DNA of 61,064 bases, counting the filler. It is 4 parts of 4 records of this genome, joined end to end, with 100 filler letters (N's around TTAATTAATTAA, not from the genome) between each part and the next. Parts side by side here need not be neighbours in the genome. Positions count along the whole stretch, not along the records: positions 1 to 14,292 come from SRR22947725_4543; 3 more parts are not named here. One strand, 5' to 3'. The notes under the pieces were generated by a model. That model did not search any database. It was not told the DNA's origin and worked only from the letters and a program-made list of their open reading frames with translations. The translations under genes and the position numbers were made by a program. The stretch's first letter is position 1. Each line of letters opens with the position of its first letter. Positions 1 through 11,139 of the stretch are shown here, one piece after another.

Positions 1-1230
1 CCGTACTCGGAAATGGCTATTTTTTATCGCACCAATGCCCAGACCCGTGCGCTCGAAGACATTCTTATTCGCTCGGCCCTTCCCTACCGCGTCATTGGCG
101 GCACAAAGTTTTACGAGCGGGCAGAAATCAAAGATGTGATGGCGTACCTCATTGCCATCGCCAATCCTGCCGATGCACTCGCCCTCCGCCGCATCCTCAA
201 CACGCCTAGGCGTGGCATTGGCCCGGCCACCGAGACGGCCCTAGTGGGACTTGCGGATAGGCAGGGGATCACCCTTCGCGAGGCGTTGCGTTTAAGTGCA
301 GAACTGGGTCTTGGCCCGAAAGTGACGCAGGCGATGCTCTCCCTCGGCGAAGCCCTCGATGGGGCGTCGGCGACCATGGCGGAAGATCCACCCGTGAAAA
401 CGGTGGAAATGATTTTGCAACACACAGGCTATTTGACTCTTTTGCAGGCCAGCATTGACCCACAAGACCAGGCGCGGGCAGAAAACGTGCAGGAATTGGT
501 GTCGGTCGTTCGAGAATTTGGCCGCAACAACCCCGATGGAGGGCTGGTTGATTTCCTCACCGAAGTGTCCTTGGTGGCAGCGGCAGATGATCTGGATGAC
601 GAAAAGGGAACCGTTTCTCTCATGACACTGCACACCGCTAAGGGCCTCGAGTTCGACGTGGTGTTTCTTACCGGAGTGGAAGAGGACCTGCTGCCCCACC
701 GGATGAGTGCGAACGAGCCGGGTGGTTTGCAAGAAGAGCGTCGCCTTCTCTATGTCGGGCTCACGAGAGCGCGCAAGAAACTTCACCTTTCTTTAGCGAT
801 GTCGCGGAGCACCTTTGGTGACACCGCCATTGCCACCCCCAGCAGGTTCTTGTCTGAAATTCCCGCATCTTTGATTTCCTGGCGTGAATCGCAAGCCGCC
901 ACCGGAGGAAGTGGCCATGTTTTGGGATCCTCCGTGAGAAGTAGCTCGTGGCAGGGGTCAATGGGTGGCTCGAGCAGAAGCCCGCGAATATCGGATGAAT
1001 TGCCCCGTGCACCCAAGAAGACGGAATGGGCCAACCGTGTGACCGCCGCGGTTAGGGATAACGGGGATTTGACCCTGGCACCAGGCGACCACATTGAACA
1101 CGTTGATTTTGGCCCGGGTGTCGTGAAAATGGTCTCGGGTGAAGGTGCGAAGAAGGTGGCCGAGGTCGTTTTTGATCACAAGGGCACCAAGCGTCTTCTG
1201 ATCAAGATTGCCCCAATTACCAAGCTGTAG
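1..1230 (+). CDS. pcrA: ATP-dependent DNA helicase PcrA/UvrD, C-terminal part (5'-truncated)
   Basis: Frame is open from base 1. SF1A motifs [16 protein letters not shown] and [13 protein letters not shown] are present, plus a C-terminal Tudor-like domain (HVDFGPG...GTKRLL). Confidence 0.93.
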   Translation, partial: PYSEMAIFYRTNAQTRALEDILIRSALPYRVIGGTKFYERAEIKDVMAYLIAIANPADALALRRILNTPRRGIGPATETALVGLADRQGITLREALRLSAELGLGPKVTQAMLSLGEALDGASATMAEDPPVKTVEMILQHTGYLTLLQASIDPQDQARAENVQELVSVVREFGRNNPDGGLVDFLTEVSLVAAADDLDDEKGTVSLMTLHTAKGLEFDVVFLTGVEEDLLPHRMSANEPGGLQEERRLLYVGLTRARKKLHLSLAMSRSTFGDTAIATPSRFLSEIPASLISWRESQAATGGSGHVLGSSVRSSSWQGSMGGSSRSPRISDELPRAPKKTEWANRVTAAVRDNGDLTLAPGDHIEHVDFGPGVVKMVSGEGAKKVAEVVFDHKGTKRLLIKIAPITKL

Positions 1231-1358
1231 ACCGTGTCGATGCCTCTTGTTTGCGCGCTAGGCTTGTCATCGATTCCCCGCACTCGTCGAGGAGAGCGGC
1301 ATCGCGAGAATCATCTTCTCTCCCATTCCTAGCCGACAACCCGGAAGGACCCCCTGGC

Positions 1359-2522
1359 GTGGATCTTTACGAATATCAAGCCCGTGACATGTTTGAGCGC
1401 CATGGCGTTCCTGTTCTGGCAGGCATCATCGCTGACACCCCGGAAGAGGCCCAGGCGGCAGCAGAAAAAATCGGTGGCCTCACCGTAGTGAAAGCACAGG
1501 TCAAAGTGGGAGGCCGCGGCAAAGCGGGCGGGGTGAAGGTTGCCCCCAACCCAGCAGATGCGAAAACTGCCGCTGAAGCAATCCTGGGCCTCGACATCAA
1601 AGGTCATGTGGTTCGTCGTGTGATGGTTGCCCAGGGCGCCGCCATCGACACAGAGTTCTACTTTTCCGTATTGCTCGATCGCGCCAACCGCAATTACTTG
1701 GCGCTGTGTAGCTACGAGGGCGGAATGGAAATCGAACAACTCGCGGAAGAGCGCCCCGATGCCCTTGCCCGTGTTGCTATTGATCCCAGCCACGGCATTG
1801 ACCTGGCTAAGGCCAAGGACATCGCAAGGCTCGGCGGTTTCCCCGACGAGCTGATCGATTCCGTTGCCCCCGTGTTGGTGTCTCTGTATGAGGTTTTCAC
1901 CGCAGAAGATGCCACCCTGGTGGAGGTTAACCCGCTCGTGCTGACCGAGTCAGGTGAAATTCTGGCGCTTGATGGCAAGGTCACCTTGGATGAGAATGCG
2001 GGCTTCCGCCAGCCCCATCACGCGGACCTCGCTGATTCCGCATCGGCTGACCCGCTCGAAGAAAAAGCGAAAGCCCACGATCTCAATTACGTGAAGCTTG
2101 ATGGGGAAGTTGGAGTCATCGGAAACGGTGCTGGTCTGGTGATGTCCACACTCGACGTCGTCGCCTACGCCGGGGAAAACCACGGTGGAGTCAGGCCCGC
2201 AAACTTCCTAGACATCGGCGGGGGAGCATCTGCAGATGTGATGGCCGCCGGTCTCGATGTGATTCTTGGTGACCCACAGGTCAAGAGCGTTTTCGTCAAC
2301 GTCTTCGGTGGCATCACTGCCTGCGACGCTGTCGCAAACGGCATCGTGAAGGCCCTGGAAATGATTGGGGACGGCGCCACGAAGCCCCTGGTTGTTCGCC
2401 TGGATGGAAACAGCGTGGAAAAGGGTCGCGCGATCCTCGCCGCCGCGAACCACCCGCTTGTGACACTGGCGGAAACCATGGACGAAGGCGCAGACAAAGC
2501 TGCTGCTTTGGCAGCGAAATAA
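1359..2522 (+). CDS. sucC: Succinyl-CoA synthetase beta subunit
   Basis: GTG at 1359 after GGAAGGA gives the conserved N-terminus (M)[28 protein letters not shown] and NFLDIGGG motifs. Confidence 0.97.
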   Translation: MDLYEYQARDMFERHGVPVLAGIIADTPEEAQAAAEKIGGLTVVKAQVKVGGRGKAGGVKVAPNPADAKTAAEAILGLDIKGHVVRRVMVAQGAAIDTEFYFSVLLDRANRNYLALCSYEGGMEIEQLAEERPDALARVAIDPSHGIDLAKAKDIARLGGFPDELIDSVAPVLVSLYEVFTAEDATLVEVNPLVLTESGEILALDGKVTLDENAGFRQPHHADLADSASADPLEEKAKAHDLNYVKLDGEVGVIGNGAGLVMSTLDVVAYAGENHGGVRPANFLDIGGGASADVMAAGLDVILGDPQVKSVFVNVFGGITACDAVANGIVKALEMIGDGATKPLVVRLDGNSVEKGRAILAAANHPLVTLAETMDEGADKAAALAAK

Positions 2523-2533
2523 GGAAGAACACT

Positions 2534-3418
2534 ATGTCGATTTTTTTGGATTCAGACTCCGTTGTCATCGTTCAGGGCATTACCGGTGGTGAGGGCAGCA
2601 AGCACACCGCGTTGATGCTCGCTGCCGGGACCAACGTGGTGGGTGGAGTGAATGCTCGCAAGGCAGGAACCACCGTGACCCACGGCGACAAAGAGTTGCC
2701 TGTGTTTGCCACGGTTCAGGAAGCGATGGAAAAGACTGGCGCCAATGTCTCGGTGGCCTTTGTTCCACCCGCTTTTTCCAAAGATGCGGCCATCGAGGCA
2801 ATCGATGCTCACATTCCTCTGTTGGTCATCATCACCGAGGGCATTCCCGTCCAAGACACGGCGGAGCTTTGGGCACACGCCCAGACTGTCGGTGGGACGA
2901 GGATTATTGGGCCCAACTGTCCGGGAATCATTACCCCCGGTGTTGCGCTTGCGGGAATCACCCCCGCCACCATCACCCAGTCTGGCCCGATTGGCTTGGT
3001 GTCTAAATCGGGCACTTTGACTTACCAAATGATGTTTGAGCTGCGCGATATCGGTTTCTCCACCGCCATTGGTATTGGTGGTGACCCGATCGTGGGAACG
3101 ACACACATCGACGCTTTGGAGGCATTTCAGAACGACCCCGACACCAAAGCCATTGTCATGATTGGTGAAATTGGTGGCGACGCGGAAGAGCGCGCCGCTG
3201 AGTTCATCAAGGCTCACGTGACGAAACCGGTGGTGGGTTATGTCGCAGGCTTTACTGCCCCGGAGGGTAAGACCATGGGTCACGCGGGAGCAATTGTGTC
3301 AGGTTCGGCCGGAACGGCACAGGCGAAAAAAGAAGCCCTCGAGGCTGCTGGCGTGAAGGTCGGGAAAACACCGAGCGAAGCGGCAGCACTGATGCGCGAG
3401 GTCATGGCAGCACTGTAG
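2534..3418 (+). CDS. sucD: Succinyl-CoA synthetase alpha subunit
   Basis: [19 protein letters not shown] and MGHAGA (phospho-His) motifs. Lies directly after sucC. Confidence 0.97.
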   Translation: MSIFLDSDSVVIVQGITGGEGSKHTALMLAAGTNVVGGVNARKAGTTVTHGDKELPVFATVQEAMEKTGANVSVAFVPPAFSKDAAIEAIDAHIPLLVIITEGIPVQDTAELWAHAQTVGGTRIIGPNCPGIITPGVALAGITPATITQSGPIGLVSKSGTLTYQMMFELRDIGFSTAIGIGGDPIVGTTHIDALEAFQNDPDTKAIVMIGEIGGDAEERAAEFIKAHVTKPVVGYVAGFTAPEGKTMGHAGAIVSGSAGTAQAKKEALEAAGVKVGKTPSEAAALMREVMAAL

Positions 3419-3462
3419 GTCATCCCGGCCCTGGGGGTGGCTGGCGATAGGCTCAAACCGCC

Positions 3463-4707
3463 ATGAAAGCCCGCCTCGTTCTTCTCGCAACCATCCTCGA
3501 TGTCGTGGTGCTTGCAGGGCTTGGCGTGGGTATCTTTTTTGCGCCCCTAACTCTGGTGTGGGCTTTTAGCGATGGGTTTTCTACCCAGTTGGTGGATTCC
3601 TGGGCTGTCGCTGTGCAGGGCTGGTTCCTGGGCCACTCGGTGCCACTGGCCATCGAACTTCCGGAGGAATTGGCGCAATCTCTGGGTCTCGGGGCGCTGG
3701 GACAAAGCTTTCAGGTCACCGTCGCCCTGTTGGGGATTGCCCTGTTGACTCTGCTGTGGGGATATCGCATCGGAGCTCGCCAAGGGACCGGGCGTTTTCC
3801 CTTTCTTACCTGGTTTTTGGCCATCGGCACCATGGTGGGCCTCAGTTTTCTTCTCGTGTTTTTTCTGCCTGCTGGCATAGTGACGATTGACATCATGGAC
3901 GCCCTCGTTCGACCCGCGTTGTTTCTGGCGGCAGGGCTTGCCTTGGCCACCTGGGCTGGGCCCAACACTGCGGGGCGAGAAATTATCCGTGACAGGATTC
4001 CCCAGGTCGCCTCCTCCATCATTCGTGCTGGATTTGCAGCCGGTGTAGGCTCCCTCATCGCCATGGTTGGCGTAGCCGCCCTCGTGGTTTCGGTGTTGCT
4101 TGTACTGAATTTTTCCTCGGTCATTTCCCTCTATGAAGCACTCCAACCTGGCGCCTACGGAATCATTGCGTTGTCTATCGCTCAGCTGGCGTTCCTGCCC
4201 ACGGTGGTGGTGTGGGTATTTTCCTGGCTGATCGGCCCAGGGTTCGCCCTCGGCGCGGGGGCGATGGTGTCCCCACTAGGGACATCCCTTCAAGCCGTTC
4301 CCGCTCTTCCCCTCGCAGGGATTGTTCCGCAGGCGGTTCCCTCGTGGTCACTCGCCATCATTGCCCTCCCCGCGGTGGTTGCTTTCGGGGCGGGGATCGC
4401 TTCGCGAACACGTCTGCTCGGGGAGACCCGAGGGGGCCTGTGGGTGCGGGACTCCGGGACTCCATGGTTTGCCCAATCAGCCTTGATGTCACTGTTTTCA
4501 GCCCTACTTGCTTCTGTGGTTGCTGCCGGAGGTGGCGCACTATTGGCGGCACTGGCTAGTGGGGAGATGGGTCCGGGGCGTTTTGTTCAGGTGGGACCAG
4601 ACCCCGCAACAATTGCGTTGTGGTGGGGAACCGAAGTCTTTACCGGCGTGTTGTTGGGCTTCCTCTCGGGTGGGCTCGCCCGCTCCCTCTCCTCGACCCG
4701 CCGATAA
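3463..4707 (+). CDS. Multi-pass membrane protein, DUF6350/PerM-like
   Basis: About 10 hydrophobic segments. Conserved actinobacterial position between sucD and purN. GPGFALG, PALP and GPGRF..VGP motifs. Confidence 0.75.
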   Translation: MKARLVLLATILDVVVLAGLGVGIFFAPLTLVWAFSDGFSTQLVDSWAVAVQGWFLGHSVPLAIELPEELAQSLGLGALGQSFQVTVALLGIALLTLLWGYRIGARQGTGRFPFLTWFLAIGTMVGLSFLLVFFLPAGIVTIDIMDALVRPALFLAAGLALATWAGPNTAGREIIRDRIPQVASSIIRAGFAAGVGSLIAMVGVAALVVSVLLVLNFSSVISLYEALQPGAYGIIALSIAQLAFLPTVVVWVFSWLIGPGFALGAGAMVSPLGTSLQAVPALPLAGIVPQAVPSWSLAIIALPAVVAFGAGIASRTRLLGETRGGLWVRDSGTPWFAQSALMSLFSALLASVVAAGGGALLAALASGEMGPGRFVQVGPDPATIALWWGTEVFTGVLLGFLSGGLARSLSSTRR

Positions 4708-4719
4708 GGTTGAGGCGTG
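4705..4719 (+). promoter_or_regulatory. Putative leaderless promoter of purN (TAAGGT-N6-GTG)
   Basis: TANNNT hexamer 6 nt before the start codon, with no clear SD. Confidence 0.5.
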
Positions 4720-5286
4720 CGCTCACGGATTCTGGTACTCATCTCCGGTTCCGGCACGAACCTCGACGCCCTCCTGCATTCCTTGCCAAATTCCGGCATT
4801 GCGGCTGATGTCGTGGCTGTGGGGTCAGACCAGGAGGCCGCAGGCCTCCAGCATGCCCACCAGCGGGGGATCCCCACTTTTGTTCTCGGTTTCGAGAAGG
4901 GCATGAATCGCGAAGCCTGGGCGCGCGACCTCGGTGACGCGATGGATACTTTCACCCCCGATCTGATTGTTCTCAGTGGCTTTATGAGGCTTCTTCCCCC
5001 CTCTCTTCTCGCTCGATTTGAGTCCCGCATCATCAATACCCACCCCTCCTTCCTGCCGGAATTTCCTGGCGCGCATGCTGTCAGGGATGCACTTGATGCG
5101 AAGGTGGTGGAAACTGGCGCTTCGGTGATTGTTGTCGATGCCGGGGTCGATACCGGCGAAATCCTCGCCCAGAGCAGGGTTTCGGTTTTCCCCGGCGACA
5201 CGGAGGAAAGCCTGCACGATCGCATTAAAATTCTCGAACGAGAGCTGTTGCTCGACGTTCTCACCACCCTCATCCCCACCCCCTAA
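4717..5286 (+). CDS. purN: Phosphoribosylglycinamide formyltransferase
   Basis: [23 protein letters not shown] and DAGVDTG motifs. Confidence 0.96.
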   Translation: MRSRILVLISGSGTNLDALLHSLPNSGIAADVVAVGSDQEAAGLQHAHQRGIPTFVLGFEKGMNREAWARDLGDAMDTFTPDLIVLSGFMRLLPPSLLARFESRIINTHPSFLPEFPGAHAVRDALDAKVVETGASVIVVDAGVDTGEILAQSRVSVFPGDTEESLHDRIKILERELLLDVLTTLIPTP

Positions 5287-5293
5287 GGACGCC

Positions 5294-6820
5294 ATGACTT
5301 CCACACATCGCATCATGCCCACCCGCGCGCTGGTGTCTGTGAGTGATAAGACCGGCCTCCTTGATCTTGGGAGGGCTCTGGTGGGGTATGGAATAGAGAT
5401 TGTCTCGACGGGTTCCACCGCGCAGCAATTGCGCGAAGCAGGGATTTCCGTCACCGATGTGAGCGAGGTCACCGGCTTTGCCGAAGCGCTTGATGGCCGG
5501 GTGAAAACCCTCCACCCCGCCATTCATGGCGGCATCCTGGCGGATTTGCGGAAACCCGACCACGTTGTCGCGCTAGAGAAACTGGGAATCGAAGCGTTTG
5601 GCCTCGTGATTGTGAACCTCTACCCCTTTGTTCACACTCTGGCCTCCGGTGCCGAGAGCGAAGAGATTATCGAGAATATCGATATTGGTGGGCCAGCAAT
5701 GGTGCGAGCGGCCGCGAAGAACTTCGCCAATGCCACCATCATTGTTGACCCCTCGAGTTACGAAACGCTTCTCACCCAGCTGGCTGAGGGTGGGACCACG
5801 GAGAGCTTTCGTCGAGAGCGAGCCGGACTAGCTTTCGCCCACACTGCCCGGTATGACTCTGCTGTCGCAGGGTGGTTTGGCGGGGGCGCCCGGGTCAGCT
5901 TTCACGCCGACAAGATCGGAGACCTGCGCTATGGCGAAAACTCCCACCAGACCGCCAGCGTGTTTGTCACTCACCCGGAGACTCCCGGGCTCGCTCTGGC
6001 ACAGGTGCTGCAGGGTAAGGAGATGTCCTATAACAACTATCTCGATGCGGAAGCGGCCATCAGGGCGGCCTATGACCATGAGGCTCCCACGATCGCGATT
6101 ATTAAACATCAAAATCCCTGTGGGGTGGCGAGTGACCCCGATGTGGCGAGCGCTCACCGTCTCGCCCACGAGTGCGACGCGGTGTCGGCGTTTGGTGGGG
6201 TGATTGCCAGTAATCGAGTGGTGGATAAAGACACCGCACGATCGATTGCGGAAATTTTTACCGAGGTTGTGGTGGCTCCAGGCTTTAGCCAGGAAGCACT
6301 CGAGGTGTTTGCCACTAAGAAAAACCTTCGTGTGGTGGCTTTGCCAGAAAACTTCGCGCCACCAACACAGGAATGGCGGCACATCTCCGGTGGCGTTTTG
6401 GTTCAAGAGGCCGATCAACATTTCACCCCCGCATCCCAGTGGACTCAGGTCGCGGGGGAACCTGTCGAGGACGCCATCCTCGCTTCTTTGGAGTTTGCGT
6501 GGCGAGCGGTTCGATCGGTGAAGTCCAACGCCATTTTGTTGGCGTCAGGCTCCGCGAGCGTGGGAATTGGGATGGGCCAAGTCAATCGAGTGGATTCCGC
6601 CAGGCTTGCCGTGGAGCGCGCCGGAGATCGCGCGCGTGGCAGCGTGGCAGCCTCTGATGCGTTCTTCCCTTTTGCCGATGGGCTTCAGATTCTTGTGGAG
6701 GCGGGGGTGTGCGCAGTGGTTCAACCAGGGGGTTCCCTCAGAGACGAAGAAGTGATTGAGGCGGCCCGGGAAGCGGGCATTGCCCTCTTCCACACCGGAG
6801 AGCGGCACTTCTTTCACTAA
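5294..6820 (+). CDS. purH: Bifunctional AICAR transformylase/IMP cyclohydrolase
   Basis: ATG at 5294 after [50 protein letters not shown] and C-terminal RHFFH motifs. Confidence 0.97.
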   Translation: MTSTHRIMPTRALVSVSDKTGLLDLGRALVGYGIEIVSTGSTAQQLREAGISVTDVSEVTGFAEALDGRVKTLHPAIHGGILADLRKPDHVVALEKLGIEAFGLVIVNLYPFVHTLASGAESEEIIENIDIGGPAMVRAAAKNFANATIIVDPSSYETLLTQLAEGGTTESFRRERAGLAFAHTARYDSAVAGWFGGGARVSFHADKIGDLRYGENSHQTASVFVTHPETPGLALAQVLQGKEMSYNNYLDAEAAIRAAYDHEAPTIAIIKHQNPCGVASDPDVASAHRLAHECDAVSAFGGVIASNRVVDKDTARSIAEIFTEVVVAPGFSQEALEVFATKKNLRVVALPENFAPPTQEWRHISGGVLVQEADQHFTPASQWTQVAGEPVEDAILASLEFAWRAVRSVKSNAILLASGSASVGIGMGQVNRVDSARLAVERAGDRARGSVAASDAFFPFADGLQILVEAGVCAVVQPGGSLRDEEVIEAAREAGIALFHTGERHFFH

Positions 6821-7269
6821 AGACTGAGGGTGCCAATCTGGTCACCGTATTCGGTGGTGCCGGTGTCGGCGAAGCCCAGTTTATGAAAGAACTGTCCGGG
6901 GCCTGCTTCGTCGCTGGACCAGACTGCGGTCAGCGTGCTGTGGCCCAGAGCAGCCGCTTCTTCTTGCGCGGCTTGAATGGCAAATCGACCTACCCCTTTG
7001 CCCTGCCAGGCGGCTGCGACACTGACCCGCCAAAGGCAACTGCGCAGTTCGGGCTGGGCGTGAGTCTGGTCAAAATGGGCCCGAACAAATCCCACAACCT
7101 CGTCACCGGAGAGAATCACGCGGCCCCATGTTTTGCTGTGATCGAGGGAGGAATCCGCTTGCTCATAGGTCGCGGGCGTGACGAATGCTTCTTGGCCTGG
7201 CACCAACTCAAGCGTGTTCGCCTGCAACGCCGTGGTGGCGGAGAGTTCTTCAAGCCGGAAGGTTTCCAT
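6817..7269 (-). CDS. GNAT family N-acetyltransferase
   Basis: Acetyl-CoA motif V...QGKGVG and FFHKLGF. Conserved Microbacteriaceae neighbour of icd. Confidence 0.85.
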   Translation of the reverse strand: METFRLEELSATTALQANTLELVPGQEAFVTPATYEQADSSLDHSKTWGRVILSGDEVVGFVRAHFDQTHAQPELRSCLWRVSVAAAWQGKGVGRFAIQAAQEEAAALGHSTLTAVWSSDEAGPGQFFHKLGFADTGTTEYGDQIGTLSL

Positions 7270-7281
7270 CAATCCACGCTA
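7267..7281 (-). promoter_or_regulatory. Putative leaderless promoter of the GNAT gene (TAGCGT-N6-ATG)
   Basis: Minus strand reads TAGCGT GGATTG ATG. Confidence 0.5.
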
Positions 7282-7303
7282 GTGGGGGAGAGAGAAGAAG
7301 GGG

Positions 7304-7329
7304 AATGTATCTTTATGTAAAGATACATT
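7304..7329. promoter_or_regulatory. Perfect palindromic operator upstream of icd, TamR/MarR-like
   Basis: AATGTATCTTTA-TG-TAAAGATACATT has 12-bp perfect arms. It is AT-rich in a GC-rich genome and lies just upstream of a TAGACT -10 at 7342-7347. Confidence 0.75.
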
Positions 7330-7382
7330 GTATTTGTCGGTTAGACTTGTTCCACCGCCTGTAGCGGGACTTTCGAAGGGAT

Positions 7383-8606
7383 ATGCACGTGGAAAAAATC
7401 AAGGTTGACGGTGTTCTTGTGGAACTCGATGGCGACGAAATGACGCGCATCATCTGGCAGTTCATCAAAGACCGCCTCATTCACCCCTACCTCGACATCG
7501 ACCTTGAGTATTACGACTTAGGCATTGAGAAGCGTGATGAGACCGATGATCAGATCACCATTGACGCCGCCAACGCCATCAAGAAGCACGGCGTGGGTGT
7601 GAAGTGCGCCACAATCACCCCCGATGAAGAGCGGGTGAAGGAATTCGGCCTGAAAAAGATGTGGCGCAGCCCCAACGGGACTATTCGCAACATTTTGGGT
7701 GGCGTGATCTTCCGCGAGCCCATCATTATTTCGAATATCCCCAGGCTCGTTCCGGGCTGGAACAAGCCCATCATCGTCGGCCGCCACGCCTTTGGCGACC
7801 AGTACCGGGCTACTGATTTTGTCTTCGATGGCCCAGGAACGTTGACCCTGAGCTTCCAGCCCGATGGCGGGGGCGAGGCGCAGAGCTTCGAGGTCTTCCA
7901 AGCTCCCGGCGGCGGCGTTGCGATGGCCATGTATAACTTGGACTCGTCGATTCGCGACTTTGCGCGTGCTTCCCTGAACTACGGGCTCTCTCGCAACTAC
8001 CCGGTCTACCTCTCGACCAAGAACACCATCTTGAAGGCCTATGACGGCCGTTTCAAGGACCTCTTTGAGGAAATCTTTGAAGCAGAGTTCAAAGACAAGT
8101 TCGCCGAAGCCGGCATCACCTACGAGCACCGCCTCATTGATGACATGGTCGCTTCTGCCATGAAGTGGGAGGGTGGATACGTCTGGGCCACCAAGAACTA
8201 TGACGGTGACGTCCAGTCCGACACCGTCGCCCAAGGTTTTGGGTCGCTCGGTTTGATGACGAGCGTGTTGACCACGCCCGATGGCGCCATTGTGGAGGCA
8301 GAGGCTGCCCACGGCACCGTCACTCGCCACTACCGCGAGCACCAGAAGGGCAACCCCACCTCGACCAACCCAATCGCGTCCATCTTTGCCTGGACGAGGG
8401 GCCTTATGCACCGCGGAAAGCTCGATAGCAACCAGGCTCTGATTGATTTTGCCCACACCCTGGAAGACGTTGTGATCACAAGCGTCGAAGCGGGAGCGAT
8501 GACGAAGGACCTGGCCTTGCTGGTGGGTCCCGACCAAACCTGGCAGACAACAGAGGGGTTCCTCGCCACACTGGATCAGAACCTCAGCCAACGTCTCGGC
8601 GGATAG
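7383..8606 (+). CDS. icd: NADP-dependent isocitrate dehydrogenase (eukaryote-type, homodimeric)
   Basis: [32 protein letters not shown] and [10 protein letters not shown] motifs. Confidence 0.97.
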   Translation: MHVEKIKVDGVLVELDGDEMTRIIWQFIKDRLIHPYLDIDLEYYDLGIEKRDETDDQITIDAANAIKKHGVGVKCATITPDEERVKEFGLKKMWRSPNGTIRNILGGVIFREPIIISNIPRLVPGWNKPIIVGRHAFGDQYRATDFVFDGPGTLTLSFQPDGGGEAQSFEVFQAPGGGVAMAMYNLDSSIRDFARASLNYGLSRNYPVYLSTKNTILKAYDGRFKDLFEEIFEAEFKDKFAEAGITYEHRLIDDMVASAMKWEGGYVWATKNYDGDVQSDTVAQGFGSLGLMTSVLTTPDGAIVEAEAAHGTVTRHYREHQKGNPTSTNPIASIFAWTRGLMHRGKLDSNQALIDFAHTLEDVVITSVEAGAMTKDLALLVGPDQTWQTTEGFLATLDQNLSQRLGG

Positions 8607-8611
8607 TCCTA

Positions 8612-8632
8612 ATACCCCCAGGGGTATATACT
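8612..8632 (+). promoter_or_regulatory. CsoR/RicR/CstR-family operator overlapping a -10 box
   Basis: Inverted repeat ATACCCC-CA-GGGGTAT (8612-8627) with C/G tracts. TATACT -10 at 8627-8632. Confidence 0.72.
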
Positions 8633-8672
8633 GAACGGGTCGTGAGAACCTCAACACCTAAGGAGAACCATC

Positions 8673-8789
8673 GTGTGTAGCCCAGCGCGTTGTAACCGTT
8701 GCAGCAAGGTCACCTGGACCGGCTGCGGAGAGCACATTGACGAGGCCTTGGCTGGTTACGCGCCAGACGAGCTCTGCAAGTGCGCATAA
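8673..8789 (+). CDS. 38-aa Cys-rich micropeptide (MCSPARCNRCSKVTWTGCGEHIDEALAGYAPDELCKCA), not in ORF track
   Basis: Strong SD TAAGGAG at 8659-8665, GTG start, TAA stop at 8787-8789. Has its own promoter and terminator. 6 Cys and 1 His. Confidence 0.85.
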   Translation: MCSPARCNRCSKVTWTGCGEHIDEALAGYAPDELCKCA

Positions 8790-8802
8790 CGAAAATCTAA
8801 GC

Positions 8803-8830
8803 TTGAGGCCCCGGGAAACCGGGGCCTCAA
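8803..8830. terminator. Intrinsic terminator-like hairpin between the convergent micropeptide gene and purU
   Basis: TTGAGGCCCCGG-GAAA-CCGGGGCCTCAA is a perfect 12-bp stem with a GNRA loop. Confidence 0.85.
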
Positions 8831-9688
8831 CTAGTTAAAGATGATGGTGCGGACGCCATCCACCATGATGCGGTGTTGGGAAAACCACCGCACCGCTTGG
8901 GTTAGCGTGCGAGATTCTTCATCCTGACCGGTCGCCTTCAGTTCCTCAGGTGATTGGGAATGATTCACTCGCATCACGTTTTGCTCGATGATGGGACCCT
9001 CGTCGAGATCGCTGGTGACAAAGTGAGCGGTGGCTCCAATGAGTTTGACGCCGCGTTCGTGGGCTTGACGATACGGGTCGGCCCCCTTGAATCCCGGCAA
9101 GAACGAGTGATGGATGTTGATGGCGCGGCCCTCGAGAGCATCACACACGCGTGGGCTCAACACCTGCATGTATCGGGCCAACACCACAAGCTCAATGTCC
9201 ATCTGCTCGACCATGTCGAGAAGATGATTCTCAAACGACGCCTTGTCTTTTTCGGAAGAAATGGGCTGAGACCAAAACGGGACGCCATAAAACGACGCGA
9301 GCGGTTCGAGGGCATCGTGGTTGGACATCACCAGGGGGATGGTGATGGACAGGTGGCCATCGCGCTGGCGTACTAAGAGGTCAGTGAGGGTGTGACTGGC
9401 CTTAGAGCTCAGCACCAATGTCCGAAGCGGCCGACCCAGCGTATTGACCTCAGCGGTCAGGCCATATTTTTTGATCACGGGGGCGAGTGCGGCTGAGACA
9501 TCCTCGAAGGAGGAGGCGGTTTCTACCTGAAGGCGCATGAAAAAGCGGCCAGTGTCGTCGCTCGAAAACTGCTGGGACTCCGTGATGTTGCCGTGAGCCT
9601 GAACCAGGGCGCCACTGACCGCGTGGACAATGCCTGGTTGGTCATCACACGCGAGGGTGATGATGAAGTGGGACAAGGTTTCCTGCAC
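8831..9688 (-). CDS. purU: Formyltetrahydrofolate deformylase
   Basis: ACT domain (CDDQPGIV), VLARYMQ, INIHHSFLP and DLDEGPIIEQ motifs. GTG start at 9688. Confidence 0.96.
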   Translation of the reverse strand: MQETLSHFIITLACDDQPGIVHAVSGALVQAHGNITESQQFSSDDTGRFFMRLQVETASSFEDVSAALAPVIKKYGLTAEVNTLGRPLRTLVLSSKASHTLTDLLVRQRDGHLSITIPLVMSNHDALEPLASFYGVPFWSQPISSEKDKASFENHLLDMVEQMDIELVVLARYMQVLSPRVCDALEGRAINIHHSFLPGFKGADPYRQAHERGVKLIGATAHFVTSDLDEGPIIEQNVMRVNHSQSPEELKATGQDEESRTLTQAVRWFSQHRIMVDGVRTIIFN

Positions 9689-9700
9689 GTGCCTAGTGTA
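9686..9700 (-). promoter_or_regulatory. Putative leaderless promoter of purU (TACACT-N6-GTG)
   Basis: Minus strand reads TACACT AGGCAC GTG. Confidence 0.55.
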
Positions 9701-9755
9701 GAGCCCCCTTCCCAGAGGGTCCACGGACTTCCCACCCGCGCTGTGGGTAAGCTGG

Positions 9756-9828
9756 TAGGACGCAACTGGCGCGAAGGTGGATCACCATCGGGGAGCGTAA
9801 AGAATGTGTGCTGGCCGTGCGCCTGGGC
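9756..9828 (+). ncRNA. ZMP/ZTP (pfl) riboswitch
   Basis: Hallmarks ACTGGCG...GGTGG-ATCA-CCATC-GGGGAGCG and 3' GCCGTGCGCCTGGGC (CGCC/GGCG pseudoknot). Lies upstream of glyA, with a TAAGCT -10 at 9748-9753. Confidence 0.92.
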
Positions 9829-9870
9829 TTAGTGGACAACCCCCCATTTCTATACGCAAGGGAGAAACCC

Positions 9871-11136
9871 ATGAACACTATGAGCCAGAAACTCGCTGAG
9901 CTTGACCCCGAGATCCAAGAAGTGTTGGACAAGGAGCTCGGGCGTCAGCGCTCCACGCTAGAGATGATTGCCAGCGAAAACTTTGTCCCGCACGCTGTCC
10001 TGGAAGCCCAAGGCAGCGTCTTGACCAACAAATACGCCGAAGGATATCCGGGAAAGCGTTACTACGGTGGGTGCGAATTCGTTGATATCGCCGAAAACCT
10101 CGCTATCGACCGCGCGAAGAAGCTTTTTGGCGCCGCCTACGCCAACGTCCAGCCTCACTCCGGTGCCAGCGCAAGCGCTGCCGTTCTGCACGCGTTAGCC
10201 CAACCCGGTGAAACCATTCTTGGTCTGGAGCTCGCCCACGGTGGCCACCTTACCCACGGGATGCGCCTGAACTTTTCGGGCAAGGTATACAACGCCACCT
10301 CGTATGGGGTTGACCCCGAAACGTTCTTAATCGACATGAATGTGGTGAGAGACAAAGCTCTCGAGCACAAGCCCAAAGTCATCATTGCGGGCTGGTCGGC
10401 GTATCCCCGCCAGTCGGATTTCGCAGCGTTTCGCGCCATTGCCGATGAAGTGGGTGCCTACCTGTGGGTCGATATGGCTCACTTCGCTGGCCTGGTTGCT
10501 GCGGGCCTCCACCCCAGCCCCGTGCCCCACGCCGATGTTGTGTCCACCACCGTCCACAAAACCCTCGGCGGACCGCGGTCGGGTCTTATCCTCAGCCGCG
10601 ACGAGACACTGGCCAAGAAGCTGAACTCTGCAGTGTTCCCCGGCCAGCAGGGTGGCCCACTGATGCACGTGATTGCCGCCAAAGCAATCGCGTTCAAGTT
10701 GGCGATGGAACCAGAGTTCACAGACCGTCAGGAACGCACTATCCGAGGAGCCCAGGCGATTGCTGCTCGCCTGGTATCTGAAGATTCCAAGAGTGCCGGA
10801 GTGGATGTGTTGACCGGGGGAACCGATGTGCACCTAGCCCTGGTGGATTTGAGGAACTCGCCACTGGATGGGCAGCAAGCAGAGGACCTTCTCCACACGG
10901 TCGGAATCACCGTGAACCGCAATGCGGTTCCTTTTGACCCCAGGCCCCCCATGGTCACCTCCGGTGTGAGAATTGGAACTCCAGCGCTTGCCACCAGAGG
11001 ATTTGGTGACACCGAATTCCACGAAGTCGCTGACATCATCGCTCACACTTTGATGCCCAGTCCCGATGTTCCAGCTCTTCAACAGAGGGTCAACGACCTG
11101 ACGAGTGCCTGGCCTCTCTATCCCGAACTGGGGTAG
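9871..11136 (+). CDS. glyA: Serine hydroxymethyltransferase
   Basis: [20 protein letters not shown] and TTVHKTL (PLP-Lys) motifs. GGAG SD before ATG 9871. Confidence 0.97.
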   Translation: MNTMSQKLAELDPEIQEVLDKELGRQRSTLEMIASENFVPHAVLEAQGSVLTNKYAEGYPGKRYYGGCEFVDIAENLAIDRAKKLFGAAYANVQPHSGASASAAVLHALAQPGETILGLELAHGGHLTHGMRLNFSGKVYNATSYGVDPETFLIDMNVVRDKALEHKPKVIIAGWSAYPRQSDFAAFRAIADEVGAYLWVDMAHFAGLVAAGLHPSPVPHADVVSTTVHKTLGGPRSGLILSRDETLAKKLNSAVFPGQQGGPLMHVIAAKAIAFKLAMEPEFTDRQERTIRGAQAIAARLVSEDSKSAGVDVLTGGTDVHLALVDLRNSPLDGQQAEDLLHTVGITVNRNAVPFDPRPPMVTSGVRIGTPALATRGFGDTEFHEVADIIAHTLMPSPDVPALQQRVNDLTSAWPLYPELG

Positions 11137-11139
11137 CGC

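Noticed and set aside
7518-8657. 379-aa minus-strand ORF
   Set aside because: Antisense shadow of icd caused by GC-rich codon bias. The same applies to the many overlapping ORFs across 1-14292.
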